Source: Octopus sinensis (lineage: Eukaryota). Taken from it: DNA of 64,000 nucleotides. The notes below the pieces were generated by a model. It searched no databases. It saw only the letters and a program-made list of their open reading frames with translations, and was not told where the DNA came from. The stretch is from positions 36,828,001-36,892,000 of the forward strand of contig NC_043003.1 of assembly GCF_006345805.1 (NCBI RefSeq), read 5' to 3'. Below, one piece after another: positions 13,295 through 29,675 of the stretch; the first letter of the stretch is position 1, and the number at the start of each line of letters is the position of its first letter. The translations under genes were made by a program, and so were the position numbers.

Positions 13295-14954
13295 TAATGT
13301 ATGAGTCAGTGTGTGCACGTGTGTTTTTTGTACGTATGTTGTTCTGTATCCAGAACTACAGGGCAACCAGTCACTCGTAATTTGATTTTGACTTTCGTTT
13401 AAAGGCATTCAGCTTTATTCATGTCATCATATCTGTTGCGTAAAATTCCTTTCCAAATAAATGTCGTTCATTTCTGTGCATTGTCATGCAATTTTTAATA
13501 TTTATGATGCATACACTAATAGAAATGCATAGAAATTAATGTAGAAAATAAACATGGAGCGCAAATGATATATTAAACAATATGACTAACCTGTGTGCTT
13601 CATTAGCTAGCTTTGAAAGGATCTGTGATCGTTATCTTCCCAGTCTCTCTTATTCTGGTGTGTTAATGTTTTACACAAAGCGTTGCAAGTCAATGACTGA
13701 AAGAAAGGCATGTCAGGACTGGAATTTTCGTGGACTTACGACCTGATGTAGAATGACGTGTTCACTACAATAGAGATTGGTTGGGGGTTGGACGCAAAAT
13801 AGGATTTAAAAAGAAGAAAAACGGGTGAGATGGGAGTGGCAGTATGGAGGTGATAGAGAACTAATCAGATCCGAAGAGTAGAACCCATTGTAATAGTTTT
13901 AGGAAAGGCACGGAAAGAAATCAGCACGTTTATCTCCAACGGATTTTGCACCAATTAGAATACGACTGTTATTTCTATGCGATATAGGGTCTCTGTGTGG
14001 GTTATAATATTTTTGACCAAGATGTCGAAACAAAAACCTTTTGCGGGTCCCACTTGAGTTTTATAGAATAATTTAATGTGGCGACGAAATATGTTTACCT
14101 TTAAAGAAATGATCAGTCTTTGAGATGCAGGGATATCTACGCATGCTATGGATATGTATTTGCCATGACAGATCATATCGATGATCAAAAATGTTCTAGG
14201 AGTGTGTTGCTAACATTTATGGGCTGAGGACAAGAAGATGTTTTATTTAATGTTGTGTTGTATTTAGTTTATCCAGTGCCTTTTTTAATATATTGAGACA
14301 GAGTGTTGACGTGACCCACTTAAACATTGCTATCAATGCAAATTTGGTTTGCAGTGACTATGATAAAATGGTTAGAAACAGAACTTAGTATTTTAGCAAA
14401 TAATAATGTTGTGAAGAAAATATCATCACATAATATTGCTCCAATACTAAAAGACTTTAAAATGGTAATTGATGAATTCATCTGACTTGGGATGAGAACC
14501 TGCTTCATTATCATCAACACACGAAGCCTACAAGTTTATTTCCTTATCAATGGTCATACCGCAGCTCTCTTTAGACATACTCTGCTTGTAATTCCTTCTT
14601 AGAATTGTAGCTAAAATGTTTCTTTATCTACAGTTCGTACGAAATCTTTGAGTTCCTAAATTTTAACGTTAAATAAGCACTCATAGTTTACATGAATTAC
14701 TTTTGTGTATCTCAAAGCTTTCTTTTTTTACAATCTCATCACAAACAACGTGGAATTCAATAATTCCCCCTTCGGATTATTTCAAAACAAATAAGAAAAA
14801 TCAAAAAAATCATTAAAAATTACCTCTTTTAAGCAAGTTGTATAATAGGGCTTATTGTCTCGTCGACATTTTCCCTATTGATCAAGAGTATGTGAATGTT
14901 GGTTCTGTTTAAACGAAGTAGACTGATGCCATGACATTCTAGTTTGTCCTCCAT

Positions 14955-15446
14955 CATTTCTCTTTCCGTTCACATACCTCAACATTTTACAAAGCCGATG
15001 CCGCTTAATTTCATTCATTATTTATAGCGTTAACAGCTGTTTCCCGGACAGTATGCCCAACTAATTCCAGTATTACGAGTTACAGAAACCTGTATCAGTT
15101 TTATATTCGACGCCTCTACTTACAGCATCGAAATGCATTCTCTATCTACTTCCCTTTAAGGAAAGTCGATTGTTGAAAATTAAATGTCTAACTCTCCCCT
15201 TCAACATTTCTCTTTCCGTTCACATATCTCAACATTCTACAAAGCCGGTAAGTACTTAATTTCGTCCACTATATATGGCGTTAACACCTGTTTCCCGGAC
15301 AGTATGCCCAACTAATCTCAGTAATACGAGTTACAGAAACCTTCAGTTTTACATTCCCGCCTCTACTTACAGCATTGAACTGCATCCTCTACCTTTCTCC
15401 CTTTAAGAAAAGACGGTTGTTGAGAAGTAAAAGTCTAACCCTCCCT
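14955..15446. repeat. Tandem duplication, period 250 bp, two diverged copies
   Basis: CATTTCTCTTTCCGTTCACATA.CTCAACATT at 14955 and 15205; CTGTTTCCCGGACAGTATGCCCAACTAAT in both. Confidence 0.85.
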
Positions 15447-16253
15447 CTCTCTGTCTCTTATTGACTTTCTTATAATATAAATTAGAACGTTACGCAGTCG
15501 AATATTTTATCGGGAAGGAAATATTCTGTGAGTCTGACACCTTTCTCAAGACATTGATGGCATATGTTTCTAATGTATTAATAACTTAGGTAATATGTTC
15601 AATTTCGATTATATCCAATATATATTATTATTTCCAATGGTTAATAACTTTACTTTCACGGTTTTAAGTAGCATAGAGACGAATCTCTTGCTGAATAGGA
15701 AAATTTATGGCCGATCTAACACCTATTGTCAACAACTACATAAAGTGATACATTCAGAATAAGTGTAATGCTCAAAATTATGTTAGTGATTATTGACATT
15801 AAATTGAAACTGAACCTAAATTGTGATTTTGTGACCTAATACTTTTCGACTTGCCCATTTCAGCTTATCATAAACGATCTTATATATTACCATTCACACC
15901 GTTTCAATCATCTTTGCTCACAAAGTTTGTGTCTGTTTGCCAGAAGGTTTTTGTTTTAATATTTTCGAATTAGTAACGTTTCGATACAAGGATTTTATAA
16001 AAGACAGAGCAATGTAGCATACTGAATATGTATATTGTCTATTCTAACACTATACGTACTCAAAGGGATTTTTCTTGGACGAAATGTCACAACTCCAAGC
16101 GTTTAACAATACACATACAACACACATACATATGTATGCGTATACATTCATACAACCCCACACACAAACACACATACATACATGTATGAATATATATATA
16201 CATAATGCATACATACATACATGCATACATACATACATACATACATGCATACA

Positions 16254-16446
16254 TAGAAGGTTGATTGGTTTTGCACCTGTAAAGCGCTTAGCTGTATAGG
16301 GGTATCATCAGGCTCAACTGTAAAGAGGCTGTATGATGTACATCCGGCCATTTGAGTTTGACTAGTCGCCTGTATAGCTAAGCACTTTATAGGTGTGAAA
16401 CTTATGGTCACTCTCTCTCTGACCGGACATAATAATCAACCTTCTA
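16254..16446. repeat. Imperfect inverted repeat with degenerate hammerhead-like motifs
   Basis: Ends TAGAAGGTTGATT / AATCAACCTTCTA; arms share CCT.TA.AGCTAAGC.CTTTA.AGGTG; CTGATGA on the left arm (- strand), GAAAC-TTATG-GTC on the right arm. Confidence 0.7.
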
Positions 16447-16503
16447 TAAATATAATACTGCACGTATATTTTAGTGTGTGCTTCTTTTCCGGATATATAT
16501 ATA

Positions 16504-16902
16504 CTAGCAGTATCGCCTGGCGTAGCTCGGGTTTGTAAGGGAAATAACTATATAAGCATTTTTAGAGACTTATAGCAAAAAAATAGCAAAAAATGCATTA
16601 AAATATGGAAAAAAAATGATGGTAAATTTTTTTTAAATCGTTGACTCATCGTAGACATTTTTAGAGAGTTACTTCCCTTTTTTTAATAGCGAAAAAAATG
16701 CATAAAAATGGGAAAAAAATTATGGTAATTTTTTTTTAAATCGTAGACTCATCGTAGAAGCGCGCTAATACCCAGAAGGGTTCGATATGAATCACGACTA
16801 TAAGATACCCGGTTTTGGTTAAACTGCACCGCAAAATGTGGGAGTAGTTAGGAATCTAAATCGTAGGAGACAGACACACAACTTGACTTTTATATATAAA
16901 GA
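16504..16902 (-). mobile_element. Non-autonomous Helitron, 399 bp
   Basis: 5' TC, 3' CTAG, subterminal hairpin CCCGAGCTACGCCAGG, inserted between A and T with no TSD; ~95% identical to 34535-34933. Confidence 0.85.
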
Positions 16903-16924
16903 TATATGCGTATCCATATCGTAT

Positions 16925-17180
16925 ATATCGGAGGAAGGGGAGGCGGAGGCAGAGGAGGTAGAGGAAGGGGAGGAAAGGAGAAAGGGAGGGGAGGAAAAGG
17001 CGGAGGAAGAGGAGAAAAAGAAGAACAGCAACAACAAGAGGAAAAGACAAACAGGAAGAAGAAAGGAGGGGAGGGGGGAGGAAGAAAAGGAGGAGGAGGA
17101 GAAGAAGAAGAAGAGAAGAAGAAGAAGAAAAAGAAGAAGAAGAAGAAAAAGAAGAAGATAAAGAAGAAGAAGAAGATTAT
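16925..17180. repeat. Purine-rich (GGA)/(GAA)n low-complexity tract
   Basis: Directly visible. Confidence 0.9.
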
Positions 17181-19659
17181 TGTACCGTTCCTATGTATCT
17201 CAATGAAAATAGTGACATATTCTATGTCAAAATTTTGAATTGGCAATTTGTTTACTAATACACACTTTAAAATGATGGATAGAAAAAAGAAAAAAGCGGA
17301 AAAGCAGCGAAAGGTACAGGAGGAGGAGGAGGCATTGGGTCACATATCCCAAAACAAGTGGGGTGCTTAAATCGCTGCACAAACATCGAAATAGGGAAAC
17401 TAATTTAATCAGTTCGGTAGGTTGTATCAATGCAATTCTATGGTACCCAGGATTGTGAATACAACTAAAAGGTTCCTTCGTCGGATGCAATGATGATCAT
17501 TCTAGCTGCTCAATCAACAACGAATTTACTGAATTACCTTGAAGTGGCTTAGTATTTCAGTCACGTGTCGTCTTAATATATTCATGATGCACAATTACTG
17601 TAACATGTTCTGCAACAGAAGAATCCTTTGAATTACAGGTACAATGCACCCGAGAGATTTCAATACAATTTTCGTGTGACCGGTTTGATTCTAAGCTTGA
17701 GGTTAATCTGTGGTTAAGGTTAGGTAGTAACGTAGGAGACACATCCAAGATGCTACGCATTGTGATCAATTCAATGACGTCATGAACGTTATACGAACTT
17801 GTCATCCAGTGGACTGTGCTTGTGCTTAGCACTTGTAGCAATGAAACATCCATTCAGAATATTTTGTGGAATTGCGGGTCTCAAAGCAAATCCATCAATA
17901 CAAGTAGAGAATAGAAACATAAAGAAAAAAAACATTGCGTCGGCATTATCATTTGCTGAATCACAAAAAATGAATGCCGAGGTGTCAGCGGTGTGTCCCA
18001 TCGCACTACGAGGTCACGGGACAATAAATTCATAACAAATCGATAACCATAGTGGTTATGATTTTTGTTTTCGTTTATTTATCTATTTATTTATTTTAAT
18101 GTTGATTACTTCGATAGATGTTTTCCAAGACCTAATTTGCAAAAGTATTTTAATATTTCGATGAAAACAAAAATCAGTATTACTACGAGAAAGGAAGTAC
18201 TGCACAGCTATTTCCTAATTTTGTCACACTACAATGAGCAGCATTAGTATTCGTGATGTTATTTAATTACTCTTTGCCTCAGATCTAATATTTCTTAATT
18301 ATAACATTTTTTTCCTCCTTAACAGAATACAAGTAAGGTCAAAACGTGCCATTTTGTAGGAATATTAATTTTATTTCATTTTGAAATTTGTAAGAAAATT
18401 ATATTTAAAAAAATAGGAAAATATGTAGGTGGGAAGGTGTGGAGAATAAATGTTAAATTCCATTGAGATTGTAAAGAGAACGTTTATTTCTGTTTTCATT
18501 CATTTATTCCTTTCGGTGGGGTAAATGTCGGTTTAAAAACAAGAATAAAATTTCAATGAAAATAAAAATATAAAAATGTTATTTATAAATGAAAGAAGCA
18601 ATAGAATGGGAAATAGAGAAAGACCGAAGAGGAAGAGAGAGTGATTGGGTGGAAGTCGGAAAGAGAAGAGAGAGACAGGAAGGAATTGGAGCCGATTTGC
18701 TGCAAAAAGAAATAAAGGCAAGAATATAGAAATGAAAGTAATTAAGGAAAGAAAGAATTGAATGGAGATAAAGAGAAACGATAAGTTAAAGATTCTAATG
18801 AAACCATGGGGAGAGGAATGAAAGCGATATAGGTTTCCGTTGATTAGTCACAAAGAGCTGTAAATTTTTGTCGGATAAATGGGTAGGGATATTAAATGTG
18901 GCCAGCATTCATACCGGTTCCTCCTGAAATGAGCTATTTTTCATTTTCTATTGAGGGTTGAAACAGAATAGTTCACTGTTGGTTTTTACAGCTTCCACCA
19001 AAATGGAAATATCGTTATAGAAATCAACGTAAATGCATAAACAAATAAGTTTTGCACAGATAAAAAAAAAACAGTAAAGGAACAGAATAATTATAATAAA
19101 AATAAAGAGTAAAACTAAAACAAACGAAATATAATGAAAAGAAGCAAGAGGTAAACGATAAACAATATATCTGTTGTCAAGAATTAAGTAAATGTGTGTT
19201 AAGAAATTTATTTTGTTTTCTCTGATATGAAAAGTATTACTTTTTATGTTTTTATGTTTCTAATTTCTTTGTATTCACTTCTGTTATTCTCTTTCTATTT
19301 GTGTTGGTTACTTGACAGGAAAAAAAAACACGAAAGATAAAGACAGAATAAAATGGACAGCATTGAAATTTAACAAATGATTGTTGATGGTATCCTAGAA
19401 AAAAAAAGAGGTCAAATGGTACCACCAAATAATTGACCTCTGTAGAAAGATTGCGTTGATCAAAGTAAGCACTGAAACAATATATAACAATAATAGCACC
19501 GGTAGTACTAATAATAGTAATAATCGAAATAACAATAAGATTGTTATTGTTTTTTGTTTTGCTTTTTGCCAAAGGGCCCAACACGTTGGGGACAGCAGAA
19601 AGATGGGAACAAACAATGAATATATAAGAATTCGTATGTGAGTTATTGTGTGCTTGTGT

Positions 19660-19664
<5 letters not shown>

Positions 19665-19732
<68 letters not shown>
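19665..19732. repeat. (TG)n microsatellite
   Basis: Directly visible. Confidence 0.95.
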
Positions 19733-19736
<4 letters not shown>

Positions 19737-19938
19737 AGTGTATCTGTGAGGATAAGCGTTTGTTTGAGTGAGTTCGTGAAGTGGATCAACATAGAAAACA
19801 AAAATACTATTGTAGCAAGTGGCGAATAATTAGAATTATCAAACCATAGCAGAAGAGATGGAAGAATTTATTGTAAATGACATACATACAACGTGAGCGC
19901 GCGTGCAGATATATGTGCAAGTATGTATGTGTCTGCAC

Positions 19939-19988
<50 letters not shown>

Positions 19989-19994
19989 TTGTGC

Positions 19995-20292
19995 GTGGAG
20001 GCGCAATGGCCCAGTGGTTAGGGCAGCGGACTCGCGGTTGTAGGATCGCGATTTCGATTGCCAGACCGGGCGTTGTGAGTGTTTATTGAGCGAAAACACC
20101 TAAAGCTCCACGAGACTCCGGCATGGGGTGGTGGCAATCACTGCTGTACTCTTCGCTATAACTTTCTCTCTTTCTTCTGTTGGCCTGCTCGCTTAACTAG
20201 CGGGTTGGCGTTATTTGAAGGCTAAAACAATGCGAAGCGCATTGTGCCCAGCGATGTGTAGCCGCAGCTGATAGCCTGGTCGGTCACGGTGA
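19995..20292 (+). mobile_element. tRNA-derived SINE family 3, tail type B
   Basis: Head GGAGGCGCAATGGCCCAGTGGTTAGGGCAGCGGACTCGCGG and core match 39151-39540, but the 3' ~110 bp differ. Confidence 0.85.
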
Positions 20293-20798
20293 TATATATA
20301 TATATATATATACGCGCGCGCGTGTGTGTGTACATGTACGTACGGAACAGTTCTCTTTAAAGAATGTAGAATTAATAGTAATATGTATGATATTAAAAAT
20401 CTAAGGAACAAGGAGTGGAGATCTTGTAATATCTTAGTTATATATATATATAGTTTAATATATATACTGTTATGTCGCAATACTACACAGTGGCTGTGTG
20501 AGCATCTCATCTTCGTCGCCAATGTTATGTCGCACATTCGGATGCCTTCTACTCAACTCTCACCGCTACTCTGCTGTAGTATCCTGTTCTCTCTAGTCTT
20601 CGATTTCTAGGCTTCTCCTTCAATATCTACGTATTGGGTTAGCCTACTTCGTCGTCTGGGGGCGTCCACACCACATATACATACATATGTACATATATAT
20701 ATATATATATATATACACACACCACATATAGATTTTACTCATATATATATATATATATAATATATATATATATATACACACACCACATATAGATTTTA

Positions 20799-20842
<44 letters not shown>

Positions 20843-21140
20843 TATACATTTTACTCATATACACATGTGATTATATGATATACATTTTCGTGTGTTTGTA
20901 TATATGTGGGAGGGTTTCTGCATAGTAGAAACGCTTAACACGTTGAATGTTGTTTTTAATCTTATTACAGTAAGGAAAGCTTCTGCTTTTTTTTATATAT
21001 TGCATATAGATGACAGAGGAAATATGGGACGGAAAATCTGAATACAATTGCCAAAATATATACCAGAAATCTTCCTCGAGACGAAGTCCGAAACACTAAC
21101 TCCACTAAGGCAAAATGGAAATTTATAATAATATTTTCAA

Positions 21141-21990
21141 ATTTTGCCACAAGGGCAGCAATTTTGTGGCAGGCAATGAGTCGATTACATCGATCCCAGT
21201 GTTCAGCTAGTATTTGATTTATTGAATGCGAAAGGATGAATGGCAAAGTCGACCTCAACGGAATTTGATCTCAGAAAGTAACGACATGCGAAATACCGCT
21301 AAGCGTTTTGTATAGCGTGCTAACGATTCCGCGTGTTGGCTGCCTTAGTGATAATAATAACTATTTCTACTGTAGGCACAACGCCTGGATTTTGTAGGGT
21401 GAGGAACAGTCGATCACATCGACCCCAGTAATCAACTGGTAGTTAATTTATTGAACCTGAAAGGATGAAAGACAAAGTTGACTCCGGCGGAATATGAACT
21501 CAGAACGTAGCGGCAAACGAAATACTGCTAAGCATTTCGCCCGGCGTGCTAAAGATTCTGCCAACACACCGCCGTAGTGATAATAATAATGGTTTCGAAT
21601 TTTGCCACAAGGGCATCAATTTTGAGGGAGGGGACTAGTCGATTACATCGACCCCAGTGTTCAACTGGTATTTATTTTATCGATCCCGAAAGGATGAAAG
21701 GCAAAGTCGGCCTAGGTGGAATTTGAACTCAGAACGTAGCGTCAGAAGAAAACTTCTTATTTCTTTACTACCCACAAGGGGCTAAACACAGAGGGACAAA
21801 CAAGGACAGACAAGCGGATGAAGTCGATTACATCGACCCCAGTACGTAACTTGTACTTGTTTAATCGACCCCGAAAGGATGAAAGGCAAAGTCGACCTCG
21901 GCGGAATTTGAACTCAGAACGTAGCGGCAGACGAAATACCACTCAGCATTTCGCCCGGCGTGCTAATGTTTCTGCCAGCTCGCCGCCTTA
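21141..21990 (-). mobile_element. Chain of four SINE family 2 copies (about 21141-21346, 21362-21575, 21591-21753, 21757-21990)
   Basis: Repeated GTCGAT..CATCGA.CCCAGT and GAAAGGATGAA.G.CAAAGT.G modules; TAGTGATAATAATAA at 21346 and 21575 and TAGTAATAATAAT at 21990. Confidence 0.85.
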
Positions 21991-22005
21991 GTAATAATAA
22001 TAATG

Positions 22006-22089
<84 letters not shown>

Positions 22090-22105
22090 TAATAATAATA
22101 ATAAT
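21991..22105. repeat. (AAT)n array
   Basis: Directly visible. Confidence 0.95.
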
Positions 22106-22754
22106 ACAAATATGCTGTGTGCGTGTGTGTGTGTGTGCTTGAATGCCTTTAAATTGTAAATATGGGGGAACTACTTGATTTCAAAATTGTAAATCGTTCA
22201 TTCATTCCTAATGAAGATTGATCATTCATAGTGATTACAGTTCAAATTAATGATAAATGCTGTTTAAGTTTGATTACCTACGGTTATGATATATAACTCA
22301 TAGTAGTATAATCAACCCCTCCCAAAAAAAACGCATTGGGTACTCCCAGCTTGGTGTTATATCCCATCAATTGTCAGTAAATAGAGAAAGGTATCAGAAT
22401 TTAATATTTAAAAGAATTTGTTTGAGATTTTACACATACTTAAAGTGAATTTAAGAAATTTGGTCTATTGTGAGATTAAGTGCTCTATTGTGATCCTAGA
22501 ACCGCAAACAATTTTGCATTTGCTGGTTTGAAACGATAGATAAATAGTCAGAGATTCAGGGAGACAGACAGACAGAGAGACGCAGGCGCGCAGACATAAA
22601 GACATACAGACACGCAAACACACAGACAGACAAACAAATAAATGGAATGACGCATGGATGGATACATGCATAGATAAGTTTCTTTATTGGCCACACAGGG
22701 CTGCACACAGATGGGACAACTTACAAGGTAGAGCTTTTCTTTTGGGGGATGAAA

Positions 22755-24050
<1,296 letters not shown>

Positions 24051-24168
24051 CATCTTAATATATGTGTACTTCTGTGTGGATATACATATATGTAAATGTT
24101 ATATATGTGTATACGCTTACTCATACAAATTTATGAATGTCTATACTTATACATACTTAAATGCATTT

Positions 24169-24204
<36 letters not shown>

Positions 24205-24643
24205 GCATGTACACAAATATGATACAATCATACATATGTATGTGTGTTTTAGATATATACAGATCAAAGCATATTCTCTATCCTCTCATCTCATCTCATC
24301 TCATGTCTCTATGTCCTTTGATTTCTGTCTGGCATTCGAAATCTCTCTCATGATTATAACATTATTTTCACCTTCGTTTGTAGAAGTGCTAATACATATT
24401 AATACACGGGTTATTAATATAAAGATACAGAGTTCAATCCGGCATGCGTACGACTGTTTCAGTGTATATTCCTCTTCAGTGGATTTTTGTATGGTTTTAA
24501 GTTTCGGGTTAATTATTTTCCAGTCATAATTCTTTATCTGTACGTCTCTAAAGAACGCACACAAATAGATATGTATCTGTGTATGTGTTTGTGAGTGTCT
24601 GATTTTTTACATCTCTCTCTCTTCCTCTCTCTCTCTCTCTTCT

Positions 24644-24728
<85 letters not shown>

Positions 24729-24730
24729 TA

Positions 24731-24769
<39 letters not shown>

Positions 24770-24789
24770 CACATATATATATATATATA

Positions 24790-25530
24790 GACGCAGGTGT
24801 AGTTGTGTGGTAAAAAGCACCATAGGTGGCGAGCTGGCAGAAACGTTAGCACGCTGGGCGAAATCCTTGGCGTTATTTCGTCTGCCGTTACGTTCTGAGT
24901 TCAAATTACGCCGATGTCGACTTTGCCTTTCATCCTTTCCGGGTCGATAAATTAAGTACCAGTTACACGCTGGGGGCGATATAATCGACTTAATCCCTTT
25001 GTCTGTCCTTGTTTGTCCCTTCTGTGTTTAGTCCCTTGTGGGTAGTAAAGAAATAGGTATTTCGCCTGCCGCTACGTTCTGAGTTCAAATTCCGCGGAGG
25101 TCGATTTTGCCTTTCATCCTTTTGGGGTCGATTAAATAAGTACCAGTTACGCACTGGGGTCGATATGATCGACTTAATCCTTGTTTGTCCCCTCTGTGTA
25201 TAGCCCCTTGTGGGCAGTAAAGAAATAAGTACCTTGGGCAAGTGTCTTCTACTGTAGCCTTGGGCCCAAAAAGCCTTGTGAGTGGATTTGGTAGACAGAA
25301 AGTGAAGGAAGCCCGCCGTATATGTATATGTTTGTATGTCTGTATTTGTCCCTTGACAACCGATACTGGTGTGTTTACGTCCCTGCAACTTAGCAGTTCG
25401 GCAAAAGATGACGATAGAATAAGTATTAGACTTACAAAAAATAAGTCCCGGAGTCGATTCGTTTGACTAAGGATGGTGCTCCAGCATGGCCACAGACGAA
25501 TCACTGAAACAAGTAAAAGAATAAAAGAAT
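24790..25530 (+). mobile_element. SINE family 1 split by a family-2 dimer (24824-25055 + 25056-25227)
   Basis: Family-1 head at 24790-24820, family-1 body resumes ACCTTGGGCAAGTGTCTTC at ~25231; dimer junction AAAGAAATA|GGTATTTCG. Confidence 0.85.
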
Positions 25531-25679
25531 ATATGTGTGTGTCTCTGTGTGTGTGTGTGTGTGTATGTGTATACTTTATATATATATATATATATACGTA
25601 CATCCAGTATTTATATATTCATATTTGTATAAATATACATATACACGCATATATAAATGTAGTCTATATAAATATATAT

Positions 25680-25717
<38 letters not shown>

Positions 25718-25790
25718 TATATTATACATACATAAATGTACATTTATAAATAAATATGTTTATATACATACTTGTATACACATACACACA

Positions 25791-26415
25791 TACAAGGTGA
25801 AAACAAAACACGATATTTCGTCCTGAAGGTAGTAGTTTTGTTTAAGTAGCCTGCCTCAGCCTCCACCAAGACCTCACCTGACTCATGCGTTGCTCACTTC
25901 GGCCCTAAGAATATCTCTGAATAGCTTCCTAGTCTCGGCCGCCAGCTCCACCTTCGTGTTTCAGACAGAGGAGTTCGTGTCTTTCTCACCCGCACCCCAC
26001 ACATAGTAATCCATAAGATTACAACTGGGGGAATTTAGAGGCCAGATATTGGTTCTGGTCAAGTTGTAGAAAAATCTCTAACAGCCAACTCTGACACTTT
26101 CCAGAGGTATGGCAATGACTCACATCCTACTACGACACATATGGCCTTAGAGCAACAACCCTGTCCAACCAGGTGTTGACCACCACCTCTAGCACCTTCA
26201 TATGCTCGTGTGAATTGAGTCTAAGGCCCTGGTGAAATATGTAGTGATAAATTCCGAAATGCGGACGCAACGCTTCCCGTGACCCCTTTTCTAGGCTGCA
26301 GCTTCGTTGTCTCCTTTGCATCTGTCCATGTAACCTCTTACAGTTTTTACAGTGTTCACAGAGCATAGAACAACAGTCATGACGTCGGTATTGTGATACA
26401 TGACATGAATTGTCA
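25791..26415 (-). mobile_element. Internally deleted Tc1/mariner (DD37D/maT-like) remnant
   Basis: Minus strand reads QGLRLNSHEHMKVLEVVVNTWLDRV...HCHTSGKCQSWL...IWPLNSPSCNLMDYYVWGA, matching the WPPNSPDxNPLDYxxWG motif of maT-type transposases. Confidence 0.75.
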
Positions 26416-26453
26416 TAGTACAGATACCTTTTTTCAATATTAAGATGGTTTAG

Positions 26454-26672
26454 GGGCGGCGACCTGGCAGAATCGTTATCACGCCGGCTGAAATACTTCG
26501 TGGTATTTCGTCCGTTTCTATTTTCCCGGTTCAAATTCAGCTGAGGTTGTCTTTGCCTTTCGTCTTTTCGATGTTCATAAATCAAATACCAGTGAGACAT
26601 TGGGGTCGATGTAATCGAATAGTCCCCTCCTCACTAAATTTCAGGCCTTGTGCCTTTAATAGAATGGAATAT
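26454..26672 (+). mobile_element. Diverged SINE family 2 variant
   Basis: GGCGGCGACCTGGCAGAATCGTTA head; TTTCAGGCCTTGTGCC tail. Confidence 0.8.
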
Positions 26673-26793
26673 TAAAATGACTTCTATACCACAATGTTAC
26701 CTAACTTTTTCTGACCTACAATTTTAAAAGTTATGTTCTCCAATGCCGTTCACTGTTCTAGAAAAGACCAAGATATTCGGAAACAGCATACAT

Positions 26794-26848
26794 ACAAAAC
26801 CGTCAGATGCAGCCAAACAAGATGTTCGGCTGCATCTGACGGCTTTGT
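26794..26848. repeat. GC-rich hairpin, 15-bp perfect core stem
   Basis: CCGTCAGATGCAGCC (26800-26814) / GGCTGCATCTGACGG (26828-26842), extended by ACAAA/TTTGT and AACA/TGTT. Confidence 0.9.
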
Positions 26849-26930
26849 CCGCAGGAAGCTGAGTGGACAATGGTTATATACGTAGGGCTCTTACTCATTC
26901 ATTCCAAGTAGTACCCTAACTGTATACAAA

Positions 26931-28790
<1,860 letters not shown>

Positions 28791-29222
28791 ATATTACTGT
28801 TGTTAATATTCACCACAGATAATGTTAACAATAGAGCTATCGTATTTCGAATGTAAGCATTCGATATTTGCTCATAAATATATTTGCATCGTGTGGACTG
28901 GTTTCCGCGCAAAACAAATCAGAACACTAATAGACTTATAACGTGGTGGATTTAGAATTTTTTCTTCAGTAACTCATATTGATGAAGGTTGAGTCCCATT
29001 GGGACAGCACCCGAAGCCATGGTATATGAGCATCTTAATGGCATAATCTTTAATGGTATGCTTTTTAATTTCTTATTTCTTTATCCGTTTCCTCACTTAT
29101 TTTCTGTTCTTATGTTATTTTCTGTTCTTATGGTGCTTTTCGGCGGTTGAATTGTGTCTTTAACTCCTATTTCTAAATAGGTTGACGCTTCGCGCACCCT
29201 TATTCTTCGTGCTATATATATA

Positions 29223-29645
29223 GGCGCAGTTGTGGCTGTGTGGTAAGAAGCAAGCTTCCCATCTACAGGGTTATGGGTTCAGTCCCACTGCGTGGCATTT
29301 TGAGTAAGAGTCTTTTACTATAGGTTCGATTCGATCAAAACCTTGTGTGTGGATTTCATCGACGGAAACTGAATGGAGCCCGTCGTAAAGATATTTATCT
29401 CCATGTGTGTGTGTGTCTGTGCGTGCGTGTGTGTGTTTGTGCTTGTATCCTCATCACTGATTTACAACCGGATTTGGTGTGTTTATGTCGCTGTAACATA
29501 GCGGTTCGGCAAAATAGACCAATACAATTAGTACTAAGCTTTTAAAATATGTTCTGGAGTCGATTTGTTCGACTAAAATACTTGAGGACAGTGCTCCAGC
29601 ATGACTGCAATCAAATGACTGAAACCAAAAAATGGAATAAAAGAA
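29223..29645 (+). mobile_element. SINE family 1 copy
   Basis: Head GGCGCAGTTGTGGCTGTGTGGTAAG to tail AAATGACTGAAACC. Confidence 0.85.
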
Positions 29646-29675
29646 TATAGATAGATAGATAAATAGATAGATTGG

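Noticed and set aside
13955-14520. Hydrophobic minus-strand ORFs, vaguely like a GPCR helix
   Set aside because: No DRY or other diagnostic motif; frames are not joinable.
17227-18040. Coding-like ORFs on both strands, one with a hydrophobic signal-peptide-like stretch
   Set aside because: No recognisable domain, short frames and no consistent splice structure; a BLASTx search would be needed.
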